Assembly (NCBI GenBank): GCA_035627515.1
Contig: DASPLQ010000012.1
Span: 391,269 to 455,268, forward strand
Source: Vitreimonas sp.
GTDB taxonomy: Bacteria > Patescibacteriota > Microgenomatia > UBA1400 > PJMF01
Reading direction: 5' to 3'
DNA: 64,000 bases
In this document: one piece after another, positions 30,649 to 39,474 of the stretch
Layout of the letters: each line of letters opens with the position of its first letter
Position numbering within the stretch: the first letter of the stretch is position 1
Notes under the pieces: model-generated
The model's database searches: none
The model's input: only the letters and a program-made list of their open reading frames with translations
Told to the model about the DNA's origin: nothing
Made by a program: the position numbers and the translations under genes

Positions 30649-33600
30649 TTAGCGAGACTTTTTAATTTCTACCCCTACAAAAGCGTGATTGTTAAAATCT
30701 CCTTTAAAAAGAATTTGGTTGTTTTGAACTTGTGCTTGAGGAGCAATTACCATGGGTTGTAAACCAGGGGAGAGAGCAAAAGTAATGGTTTTAGTGTCAC
30801 CACTGGTACCAGGTTGCTTTTGATCAAGGAAAGTATAAGCAAAGGCGTTTTCCGCGAGCAAAGGCTTGGTGTAGATTACTTCGATTTTAGTTTCTTGTTG
30901 AATTGGCGTCTCAGTTAAAAAGCCAATACTTTTTTTATCCTGCTCAGTTCCTACAATTAGCTGGTCGGGGGAGAGGGGAGTGCCATTGACGCTCACGGCT
31001 TGGACTTGGGTGTCAGTGGGTAAATAAAAACGCGTGTAGGTTTTATATGGTCCTTTGGGCCAGGCATTAGAGCTCGAAGTGTTTTTATAGACAATTGTAC
31101 GAACATGGCGAGCAGTTGTTGGCTCCAGCGTGACAGTATGAGCAATGCTCCGTTCTAAATGGTAGTTAGCTTTATTGACCCCCACATTGGCCTCCACTTG
31201 ATAAACTGAATCAACCACACACGGAACCCCAGAAAATTGGGTCGGGCACAACGGGGAAAGGACGCTTCCTGTCCAACCTAAAGTATTGAGTGTTTCATTT
31301 TGAGTAGGATCACTCATCGACAGTAACGCTTGATGTTCACCTAAAGACTGATTGAAGGCGGCCAAAACCGGCCCGACTTTTTCAGGGGGTAACGTGGTGA
31401 GTCTGACTAGGACACGATTGAGCAAGACTTCTGAATACTCTTGACGAGTGGGATCAGGAGTTAATTGAATTTCGGAGTGAAACTCCATCCGTTCAAACAG
31501 GTTGCGATCAGTAATCACTTCGTTGTACTCCGGTAACTCAACTGGTCCCAACGCTTTGATTAGCGTTTGCAAACTGTATAAGTTTATCCCGATTACACCG
31601 TCAGCTTTTTTGCCGGTCGCGCGCTCTATAAAATGAGCCACCTGAGCCGCTGTAGTGGGGAAATCCGGGTTCCAATTACTATCTCTCACGAACCATTGCT
31701 GTTCACCTAAAAACTGTTTAATTTCGTCGGGTGGTTTAATCGATCCACCTAGTTTTTGATCAAGCTCGTAAATATCAAAAACTTGGGTGTTGATGAGAGT
31801 TCCTTTATCGAAGGTCATTAAAGCTACGGCCTGAATAAAGCCACCAGTAGGGCGTAGCTCTTGGTTGTTTTGTAATAACACGGCATACGTTTTTTGTTGT
31901 TGATAGCCTAGCCATTCCAACAAATGAGGGGAGAGTTGTTGAAAACTGGCTAAATTGCGACGATTTTGCAGTAGTTGAGCTTGGTAATTTTTTATCACAT
32001 CCTCATCACTACTAGAGGTTGTCACGCTTTCTAGTTCTTTTAACTCAGCTTGGAGTTGTGAAAGATGATCGTAGAGTGCTTGCGTCTGTTGTTGGGATTG
32101 GGTATGAAGTGATGCCACTTCTTGCTCTCGTGCACCCAAGATACTTAAAACTAAGTTTTGCATATCTTGTTGCCAAGCAGAGTAGAGAGTCGCACTCGTC
32201 GTGACTTTTTGGGCCACGGTACTTACTAATTGGGCTTGATCTAGATACTGGTGAGTAAAAAGCGCTCCATACGCTTGAGTTTGGGTCGCTAGCCACTGAC
32301 CAGCCCATCCGGTTTGAGGGGCTTGGATGCTATTGGCGTCTTGGCGAGCTAGACTTGCGATTAAGGCTGCTTGAGTTCGGGAAAAACTGGCCCAAAACAC
32401 CACGCCTAAGACACCCATCGCTAATACGGCGCCAAAAACTCCGATGCCGCCATAAAAAATAGCTGTTTTTTTCTTTGATTTATGCGTAATTTTAAGAGTA
32501 TTCTTGGCAATGTCTTTGACCCGTTCCACTTTGTATTCTGAACGATTGACAGTAAATAATTGTGAAACAGCTTGATCAAGCTGAGACTCTGTCGAAGCTA
32601 CACGCTCCGGATGGTTATGCTTGGTGACAGATAGCTGGTGAGTCTGTGTTTTTTCTTCTGGCTGTGGTTTGGGCTGAGTGGCTGTTTTTGGTAGGGGAGA
32701 ACTCAGTTGCTCCACACTCGTTTTGACTACGGGCACCGACTTAATGGGAATTTTGATGTTTTTAGCTTCCCCATGGTGAGACTGGGGGGTTGGGCGAGGG
32801 CGGGCCTGTTTACTAGGAGTAGGCAAACTTTCTTTGAGAGCTTGTTCTGCTGCCGCTGCTTGAGTTTGTTGGTGCAGCTGGGTGGCGTTTATGAGTGGCA
32901 AGCTCCGTACGGCATTCTCCAGTTCAGCATCGACAGATTTTTCAGCTTTAACCTGAATTTCCAAAAAACCAACTGCACTGTGTAGTTGTGCCGCTAGGGG
33001 GACAATCTGCAGTTCCTGATCAAAGTATTGACGATATAAAAACTGCAGCGTTTGGGCAACACCGCTGGTGGCTTGTTGTTGACCCCTCAATAACAAACGT
33101 GGGTGGGGCCGCGGATGAAAAAGATGTTGCCGGACTTCACTCACAAATGAAGCCGTATTAAGCCAAGGTAGTACGAGTTGAGGGTCACGAATTTGTCCCT
33201 GATTAAAGTTGGCTAACATCAATCCCAACAGCGCAGACTCAGGCAGCGATTGTCCATGAATCAAGTTTTCGCCTATGATCCAGGTAGAGGCGGAGGCTTC
33301 TTGTTGCAGTTGTTCAAACCACTGGGCTTGGTGGTTTTGTGCTGATTGCCACGGTTGTTCAGTTGTGGTCAGAAAAGAAAGCGTGGAACCGATAATGACA
33401 CTCGGTTCAGTGCGCGTCTTCAACCAACTTAACAGCTGTTTATCACTGGCTGAAAAAGCCGTGGTAGATTCGACAACCCAGATAATTTTATAAAATTCAG
33501 GTAAAGTTGCCGGTTGTGTGCGGAGGATTTCACTAACTGTGGCAGTTTGCACTGCAAAGTGAGTGGCGCACTCTTTTTCCAGAGCCATGCGTAAAAAAGT

Positions 33601-33666
33601 CGGCGAACCAATCACTAAAACGCTGGGAGCCTCTTGATCGAGTTGCGTGATAAATAAATCTGACAT
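30649..33666 (-). CDS. large membrane-anchored protein (1005 aa). The C-terminal extracytoplasmic region resembles a DUF4012-type domain.
   Basis: Central TM (IFYGGIGVFGAVLAMGVLGVVFW), then NNQELRPTGGFIQAVALMTFDKG...VIGINLYSLQTLIKALGPVELP. The DUF4012 assignment is from memory and tentative. Confidence 0.5.
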   Translation of the reverse strand: MSDLFITQLDQEAPSVLVIGSPTFLRMALEKECATHFAVQTATVSEILRTQPATLPEFYKIIWVVESTTAFSASDKQLLSWLKTRTEPSVIIGSTLSFLTTTEQPWQSAQNHQAQWFEQLQQEASASTWIIGENLIHGQSLPESALLGLMLANFNQGQIRDPQLVLPWLNTASFVSEVRQHLFHPRPHPRLLLRGQQQATSGVAQTLQFLYRQYFDQELQIVPLAAQLHSAVGFLEIQVKAEKSVDAELENAVRSLPLINATQLHQQTQAAAAEQALKESLPTPSKQARPRPTPQSHHGEAKNIKIPIKSVPVVKTSVEQLSSPLPKTATQPKPQPEEKTQTHQLSVTKHNHPERVASTESQLDQAVSQLFTVNRSEYKVERVKDIAKNTLKITHKSKKKTAIFYGGIGVFGAVLAMGVLGVVFWASFSRTQAALIASLARQDANSIQAPQTGWAGQWLATQTQAYGALFTHQYLDQAQLVSTVAQKVTTSATLYSAWQQDMQNLVLSILGAREQEVASLHTQSQQQTQALYDHLSQLQAELKELESVTTSSSDEDVIKNYQAQLLQNRRNLASFQQLSPHLLEWLGYQQQKTYAVLLQNNQELRPTGGFIQAVALMTFDKGTLINTQVFDIYELDQKLGGSIKPPDEIKQFLGEQQWFVRDSNWNPDFPTTAAQVAHFIERATGKKADGVIGINLYSLQTLIKALGPVELPEYNEVITDRNLFERMEFHSEIQLTPDPTRQEYSEVLLNRVLVRLTTLPPEKVGPVLAAFNQSLGEHQALLSMSDPTQNETLNTLGWTGSVLSPLCPTQFSGVPCVVDSVYQVEANVGVNKANYHLERSIAHTVTLEPTTARHVRTIVYKNTSSSNAWPKGPYKTYTRFYLPTDTQVQAVSVNGTPLSPDQLIVGTEQDKKSIGFLTETPIQQETKIEVIYTKPLLAENAFAYTFLDQKQPGTSGDTKTITFALSPGLQPMVIAPQAQVQNNQILFKGDFNNHAFVGVEIKKSR

Positions 33667-33782
33667 AGGCAGGTCAAAACAACTGTCTTATTGTAGGAAA
33701 CAGCCGAAATGAAGTATAGCCCAATCTTGCAGGCAGGTTTAGAGTGAGATCAATACTAGAAGATGTAGAGAAGCGGCGTGAG

Positions 33783-34208
33783 TTAAACTTCTTGACCAAG
33801 ATCCAGCGCGCGATTGACCAAAGCATCAGCCACTTTATTTTCAGCCCGAGGGATATGAACGATATCCCAGTCACATGATAATTGTTGAAGTGATGCCCAA
33901 GCTTGCTGAGCGAGCGCTAACATCCGCGGTTCTTTAATTTGCCAATGCTTGAGAAGTTGTTCTACCACCAGTTTGGAATCAAGTTTCCAAATTACTTTTT
34001 GCGTTTGAGCTAACTGTTCAGAAGCTAATAACCAGCCTACTGATGTCACAAAAGCTTGATACTCGGCTTCGTTATTAGTACCAACTCCTAAAGGTTTCCC
34101 TAAGGAAAACACCGTTTGGCCGTGATCGTCTATGACGTGTACGCCCAACGCCGCCGGTCCCGGATTTCCGCGTGAACCACCATCGGTAAAAATAGTCAGA
34201 GTGGACAT
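33783..34208 (-). CDS. rnhA: ribonuclease HI
   Basis: TIFTDGGSRGNPGPAALGVHV...GTNNEAEYQA...VHIPRAENKVADALVN is the RNase H catalytic signature. Confidence 0.8.
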   Translation of the reverse strand: MSTLTIFTDGGSRGNPGPAALGVHVIDDHGQTVFSLGKPLGVGTNNEAEYQAFVTSVGWLLASEQLAQTQKVIWKLDSKLVVEQLLKHWQIKEPRMLALAQQAWASLQQLSCDWDIVHIPRAENKVADALVNRALDLGQEV

Positions 34209-34672
34209 TAATTACTATCCTTCAATCGAATCATCAGATAGCGATGAGCGCCTTCACCTTGAGAAACACTCTCCAAACTAGCAAAGTCAGGGTTTTCGGA
34301 AATGGTGGTGTGAATGACGAAGCGTTCGTTGGGTGGCAAGTACGCAAAGGTGTACGGTCGGCCACTTTCCAGCACTCGGCGGGCTACGTTTTCAGCCATT
34401 TCTTGTAATTTTTCCACGCGCTGTTCGCGATAGTTATTAATATTTAACACAATTTTTTTGTCGCCATGTTCTTTTTGAAAAATGATGCGGATCAAGCGCT
34501 GCAAGCTACTGAGGGTTTCGCCATGAAAACCAATAAATAAACCCGATTCTTCCTGGGGTAAATTAATATTTACCGTCACTTGATCTTCGGCTTCATCGAC
34601 GGAAACTTCGACTTGGCTTTGATCGATACCACTGTGTTTGCATAAGTTAGTGACGTAGCTTTGGATAGTCAT
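34208..34672 (-). CDS. jag: Jag/KhpB RNA-binding protein (Jag_N, KH and R3H domains)
   Basis: The R3H/KH region is KIVLNINNYREQRVEKLQEMAENVARRVLESGRPYTFAYLPPNERFVIH. It lies downstream of yidC. The start is taken at MTIQSY. Confidence 0.7.
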   Translation of the reverse strand: MTIQSYVTNLCKHSGIDQSQVEVSVDEAEDQVTVNINLPQEESGLFIGFHGETLSSLQRLIRIIFQKEHGDKKIVLNINNYREQRVEKLQEMAENVARRVLESGRPYTFAYLPPNERFVIHTTISENPDFASLESVSQGEGAHRYLMIRLKDSN

Positions 34673-34688
34673 AAAATAATCTCCTTTT

Positions 34689-35459
34689 TCAGTTGCGGGT
34701 GGTTTTGCCATCGAGGACGTTGAGAGCGCGTTGAGCATACAGCGTCAAGCCACCAGGTCCTGATAATACATATTGCTGAACAATACTAAAAACGGTGCTC
34801 ACCACCCAATATAAACCGAGCCCAGATGGGAACGAGAGCGCCGAAATACCAATTGTGATCGGCATGAGAAACACCATTTGTTGCTGCATGGTTTGAGCCA
34901 TTTCTGCCATGTCTTCTTCTTTTTTATTGGCTTCTTTGATTTCTTTAGGTAACGTTTTATTCGGGACAATGTCAGGAGTTTCAGTGGCGGGCAAGATCAT
35001 CAACGACAAAATGAATTGGGTCACAGCTGCTAACACCGGAATCACAAACCGCGGATCTGGTTGACTTAAGTTCATCCACAAAAAAGTGGGGTCAATGGTG
35101 ACGCCATTAACATCAGCTTGGTGTAAAAAGCGCATTAAAGCTCGATAGAGAATTAATAACACCGCGATTTGCAACAATTGAGGCAAGCAGCCACCGAGGG
35201 GATTAACGTTATATTTTTTGTAGAGCTCTAGCTGAGCTAATTGTAAAGCTTGTTTATCAGAACCATGTTTGGCTTTGAGTTTTTTGAGTTCCGGTTGGAG
35301 TTCTTTAAGTTGTTTTTGGGCTTTCAAAGAGGGGATAGTCAAAGGCACCAAAATTGATTTAATCAAAATGGTAAATACTATCAACGCTAAACCTAAGTCG
35401 CCAGTTAGTTTATATAACTCAACTAAAAAAGTAGAAAAAAGGTGAATAATACTATCCAT
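34689..35459 (-). CDS. yidC: membrane protein insertase YidC/Oxa1 (short Gram-positive-type)
   Basis: GGCLPQLLQIAVLLILYRAL and MFLMPITIGISALSFPSGLGLYWVVSTVFSIVQQYV. Five-TM YidC core. Confidence 0.8.
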   Translation of the reverse strand: MDSIIHLFSTFLVELYKLTGDLGLALIVFTILIKSILVPLTIPSLKAQKQLKELQPELKKLKAKHGSDKQALQLAQLELYKKYNVNPLGGCLPQLLQIAVLLILYRALMRFLHQADVNGVTIDPTFLWMNLSQPDPRFVIPVLAAVTQFILSLMILPATETPDIVPNKTLPKEIKEANKKEEDMAEMAQTMQQQMVFLMPITIGISALSFPSGLGLYWVVSTVFSIVQQYVLSGPGGLTLYAQRALNVLDGKTTRN

Positions 35460-35465
35460 ATTTTA

Positions 35466-35678
35466 TTACCAGCACTGGGCCACCCGCTTGAGTCCACGAA
35501 GGAACCCAGTGATTGTACCATGTTGCTGCATTTGCTGAAGAGTATATTGCGTACACGTCGGGCGATGTTTACAAGTAAATGAATAACCAAAGGCCGTGAG
35601 CAAGATTTGATGCTTGGCTTTTTCGTAAAAAAGAAAGAGCCAGATAAGGCTTTTTTTTAAGGCTCGGGAGACGGTCAT
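35466..35678 (-). CDS. yidD: membrane protein insertion efficiency factor YidD-like
   Basis: A small ORF between rnpA and yidC with FGYSFTCKHRPTCTQYTLQQMQQHG...LKRVAQCW (conserved Cys pattern). The start is taken at MTVSRALKK. Confidence 0.5.
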   Translation of the reverse strand: MTVSRALKKSLIWLFLFYEKAKHQILLTAFGYSFTCKHRPTCTQYTLQQMQQHGTITGFLRGLKRVAQCW

Positions 35679-36001
35679 TTTTTTATCTTGGCTAGACTTT
35701 TTAATAACTCTGATTTGAGCGTAGCACCATCTACCTTGGTGGCTGCGGGCTTTAGTGAGATCACCACTTGGCAATTTACTAGATCAGCTTGTAGTAAATC
35801 TGTCCAAATTTGTGCTAATCGCCGTTTGAGCGTATTGCGCTCCACTTGTGTCTGGGTGTTTTTGCGCGGCACGATGGTGGCCACAGCTGGGCGATCTGCC
35901 GGCACATAAAACAAGGTAAACAAGCTCGAAAAAACTCGCTGAGAGCGATTAAAAAAGTCTGGTTGTTGGCGAAGTTGCAACCGGTACTGGCGAGGCACCA
36001 T
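35675..36001 (-). CDS. rnpA: ribonuclease P protein component
   Basis: Basic 108-aa protein (VPRQYRLQLRQQ...TIVPRKNTQTQVERNTLKRRL) immediately downstream of rpmH. Confidence 0.8.
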   Translation of the reverse strand: MVPRQYRLQLRQQPDFFNRSQRVFSSLFTLFYVPADRPAVATIVPRKNTQTQVERNTLKRRLAQIWTDLLQADLVNCQVVISLKPAATKVDGATLKSELLKSLAKIKK

Positions 36002-36012
36002 ATGTGTTAAGA

Positions 36013-36165
36013 CTAGCGACCTTTACGGACTACTGTCAATTGCTTGCGACCTTTAGCGCGACGACGTTTTAAAACTTGTCGGCCAAAATAGGAAGCCATT
36101 CTCTTGAGGAAACCATGTTTGCGCATGCGTTTGTGTTTTTTTGGTTGCCAGGTGCGTTTCGTCAT
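36013..36165 (-). CDS. rpmH: 50S ribosomal protein L34 (50 aa; missed by the ORF track)
   Basis: The reverse-complement ORF reads [50 protein letters not shown], a near-consensus L34. Confidence 0.85.
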   Translation of the reverse strand: MTKRTWQPKKHKRMRKHGFLKRMASYFGRQVLKRRRAKGRKQLTVVRKGR

Positions 36166-36279
36166 AAATTGTTTGTAAACCTTTTTCCAAGGTCGTAATT
36201 ATAACATAAGAGTAGAGTAAAATAAGTAACTGAAGTAATTGAATAATTAAAAAAGCGTGTCGGCTAATTACTCAATTAC

Positions 36280-37386
36280 TTAATTACTAACCCGGAACGG
36301 CATCACTACATAGCTATAGCCTAGTTGGCCTTCTGGCCGCAACAAGGCTGGCTTTAAGCTCTCAGTCATCCCTAGCCAAATTTTCTCGCCTTTGCTGGCA
36401 TTTAAAAAATCTTGCAGATACTTAGCGTTAAAAGCAATTTTCCCACCCTCGCCCTGAAAAGAATCGAGCATCATCTCACTTTCATGCTTACCTAAAGCGG
36501 GAGAAGTCGCCGAAATACTCGCCTTTCCATCACTTAAACTCAAATGAACAATGTTCGAAGCATCTCGAGCAAAGATAATGGCTCGCTTAAGGTGATGAGT
36601 CATTTCTTGGCTATCGAATAACACCTCAGTAGTGAAGCTACTGGGCATAATTTTTTGATACGGAGGAAACTCTCCATCCATCAACCGCACAAAAATCTTA
36701 GTCGATTCAAATTGAAATAAGAGTTGTTTCAGTTCTGGTGATAATGTCAGTGCTACTTGAGTTGCTTTAGTCTGAGCGCCAATTCTAGCCACTTCTTGGA
36801 GTGATTTGGCGGGAATCAAAAAGTTCTGAGTAAAAGCAAATGAAGACGGCATGTTCCAGACAGCGAGACGAAAGCCATCGGTGCACACAACATTGACGTT
36901 TTCTTGATTAAACTCAAACAGTACCGAGGTCAACACTGGCCGAGTGGTATCAAGTGAGGCAGCAAAGAGCACATGGCTGGTAATTTCTTCCAAAAAGGTA
37001 CTGGGCAACTCTTGAGTGTCACCGCTGACCTCAGGAAATGAGGGGAAGTCTTCAGCTGACTGGCATTGAAATGAAGTGCTACTGTCTTGAGAGGTAATAG
37101 TTAAGGTGGACTCTACCAGCTCCAACGTGACCTTGCCTGGTTTCAGGCTAGCAATGGTTTCATAAAAGACTTTACCAGGAATAGCAACTACTCCTGGAGT
37201 ATCGATGGTGCCTTCGACTCCAGTTTGAATACCTAAATAGAGATCTGTGGCTGATAAGCGGATTTCACCACTTTGAGTGTCAATGAGGATCGAACTTAAA
37301 ATAGGTAACGATGGTTTACTGGGAACAGCTTTTTGAACAATCCCAACCGCTGTTAACAGATTTTCTTGTAAAACAGTTATTTTCAT
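36280..37386 (-). CDS. dnaN: DNA polymerase III beta sliding clamp
   Basis: MKITVLQENLLTAVGIVQKAV..., a three-domain 368-aa protein downstream of dnaA. Confidence 0.85.
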   Translation of the reverse strand: MKITVLQENLLTAVGIVQKAVPSKPSLPILSSILIDTQSGEIRLSATDLYLGIQTGVEGTIDTPGVVAIPGKVFYETIASLKPGKVTLELVESTLTITSQDSSTSFQCQSAEDFPSFPEVSGDTQELPSTFLEEITSHVLFAASLDTTRPVLTSVLFEFNQENVNVVCTDGFRLAVWNMPSSFAFTQNFLIPAKSLQEVARIGAQTKATQVALTLSPELKQLLFQFESTKIFVRLMDGEFPPYQKIMPSSFTTEVLFDSQEMTHHLKRAIIFARDASNIVHLSLSDGKASISATSPALGKHESEMMLDSFQGEGGKIAFNAKYLQDFLNASKGEKIWLGMTESLKPALLRPEGQLGYSYVVMPFRVSN

Positions 37387-37662
37387 AGGTACGTAGTTAC
37401 CATACTAAATTATTAATATTAAATATAGTTGTAGTTAGTAATAGGCTTGTGAATAGGTGAACAACGAGCCAGTTCTAATCTGAAAACGCCAGCGCTTTTT
37501 TCTGTGTGTACCTGGTGTCTAACTCTGTCTAAAAATGGTGTGCATTTGTTCACAAAAAAGTCTTAGATTCACAAAACAAAAAAGTTATTCAGTTGAGTTC
37601 ACAGACTTTCCCGGGGCTTTTACACAAAGTTATTCACAATTGTGTAAAACTTCACCTCATTA
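37387..37662. promoter_or_regulatory. oriC: candidate chromosomal origin (oriC): DnaA-box cluster and AT-rich unwinding element between dnaN and dnaA
   Basis: TTATTCACA at 37629. Near matches to TTATCCACA are at 37448 (reverse complement), 37546 (TTGTTCACA), 37567, 37586 and 37597. The AT-rich stretch ATACTAAATTATTAATATTAAATATAG is at 37411-37437. Confidence 0.6.
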
Positions 37663-39327
37663 TCATCGTGAGACCGCTGTTAACGACATTCGCAAAGCGG
37701 AAATATCGCGACGCATCAATTCATCTTCAGCTAAAGATAGCGAGATTTTTTTAACAGCATGGATGACACTAGTGTGGTCACGATTGGAAAACCAACGGGC
37801 GGTTTCAGTTAGTGGCAACTTGAGGTCTTCGCGGAGTAAAAACATGGCTACATGCCGGGCTTTGACGAGGTGTTGAACGCGTTGCGAACCTTTGAGTGCG
37901 GCTTGTTTAACATGATAATGGTTGGCTACAGCACGCAAAACATCATTTGGCGATACTTTAAGAGCGGGTCGTTTCTTTTCACCCTCTGTTTTGAGAATTT
38001 CGTCAATCAACTCTAGAGTAATTGGGCGTTTTTTGAGCTCTACTTCTGATTTGATACTGGTAATAAAGCCCTCGATCTTGCGGGCACTATCGACTCGTGA
38101 GGCTACCACTTGAGCTAGTTCCATCGGGATAGAGATGTTGTGGGCTTGAGCCTTAATCAATAAAATAGCCGTTCGTAACTCAAAAGAGGGCTGCTGAATA
38201 TCGATCATTAAGCCAGCTTCAAACCGAGAACGCAAGCGATCCTCAAGTAAATTAATTTCATGCGGCGGCCGATCCGAGGTTAAAACAATTTGACTAGCTT
38301 GTTTAGTGAGGGCGTTAAACGTATGAAAAAACTCTTCCTGAACGGCATTTTTGCCCGCAATGAACTGGATATCATCAATCAACATCACTTGAGCAGTGCG
38401 ATATTTTTCTTTAAACTTAATGGCTTTTTTGTTTTGAATGGCGCTGACAATTTCATTGGTGAACTCTTCGCCTGTACAGTATAAAACTCGAGTATCGGGA
38501 TTATTTTTTAAAATATTATTCCCAATCGCATGCATCAAGTGAGTTTTGCCCACACCCACCCCACCATATAAAAAGAGGGGATTATAGGTATGTCCAGGGC
38601 GATTGGAGACAGCAGTCGCAGCGGCATGCGCCATTTCATTGGTAGTCGAGACAGCAAAAGTCTCAAAAGTGTAGTCAGTCCTCAAGCCCACTTGGCGAGC
38701 GACCACCACAGCTCTGTCTAAGGCCACCGAGTACATCGTTTGAGGAGAGAAAAGATCTTCGACTCGTGGTGATGAAGAACTCATTCGCGGTGAAGGCTGA
38801 GAAGGGAAGTGTGGTGAGGAAGCAGACGGAAAAGCGTTATCAAGTGAGTGTGAAGCACCGATGCCAGGGCTTTGTAAACGCGAAGACGGGGAAAAGGTAG
38901 TACTGGTAGGCTGAGGGGGGTGATGTCCAGCCTGTTCAGCGGAATGAAGAGAAGAACCGAGTGGAGCTGAAGAAGGCTGACCAAGGTGAGCACCAAGACT
39001 GGTAAAAGAACTCGCTTGTGGTTCATGCTGTCGTGGCACTTGCGGCGTACCGATCTTAAAATCAATCAGCGTATCTTTCTCTAAAATTTTATCTAAGGTT
39101 TGTTTGAGTTGAGTTCCTAGCAGCTTGCGAATATTGTTGACGTGGAAGGCTGTAGGGCTAGTAAAAATAGCTAACACTTTATCGTCACCTTCCAAGACCA
39201 GCTCGCTGAGAGGATTAGAAAGTATCCAGGTATTAAAGACCGCTTTCGTTAATTGAGGTTGTAACTCAGCACACATCTGTTGCCAAATGGCTTGAACTTC
39301 AGCTGGTGAGAGGGCGTAGGTACTCAT
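37663..39327 (-). CDS. dnaA: chromosomal replication initiator DnaA with a Ser/Pro-rich inter-domain linker
   Basis: AAA+ Walker A GGVGVGKTHLMHAIGN, a C-terminal DnaA-box-binding domain (RDHTSVIHAVKKI) and an N-terminal domain I. Length 554 aa. Confidence 0.9.
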   Translation of the reverse strand: MSTYALSPAEVQAIWQQMCAELQPQLTKAVFNTWILSNPLSELVLEGDDKVLAIFTSPTAFHVNNIRKLLGTQLKQTLDKILEKDTLIDFKIGTPQVPRQHEPQASSFTSLGAHLGQPSSAPLGSSLHSAEQAGHHPPQPTSTTFSPSSRLQSPGIGASHSLDNAFPSASSPHFPSQPSPRMSSSSPRVEDLFSPQTMYSVALDRAVVVARQVGLRTDYTFETFAVSTTNEMAHAAATAVSNRPGHTYNPLFLYGGVGVGKTHLMHAIGNNILKNNPDTRVLYCTGEEFTNEIVSAIQNKKAIKFKEKYRTAQVMLIDDIQFIAGKNAVQEEFFHTFNALTKQASQIVLTSDRPPHEINLLEDRLRSRFEAGLMIDIQQPSFELRTAILLIKAQAHNISIPMELAQVVASRVDSARKIEGFITSIKSEVELKKRPITLELIDEILKTEGEKKRPALKVSPNDVLRAVANHYHVKQAALKGSQRVQHLVKARHVAMFLLREDLKLPLTETARWFSNRDHTSVIHAVKKISLSLAEDELMRRDISALRMSLTAVSR

Positions 39328-39399
39328 ATAAAAACATCACAAGATAAACCAGGTGGCTACACACTGGTCTAGGCAAATACAAGCTCTTCGGCAGGAAAG

Positions 39400-39432
39400 A
39401 ACACTTAGTTATACACAGAATTTTCCACAGAA
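39400..39432. promoter_or_regulatory. two DnaA-box-like sites upstream of dnaA
   Basis: TTATACACA (39409) and TTTTCCACA (39421) lie in the 147-bp spacer between the virB4 stop and the dnaA start. Confidence 0.4.
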
Positions 39433-39474
39433 GACAAGGGGAAGAAAAGCTGGATCAATAGAGATGCTCTTGGA

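Noticed and set aside
36250-36300. AATTACT-rich segment shared with the 23S-5S spacer (11640-11680), as a possible repeat element
   Set aside because: It is a short AT-rich similarity (ctcaattactt) that overlaps the dnaN stop. It is most likely compositional.
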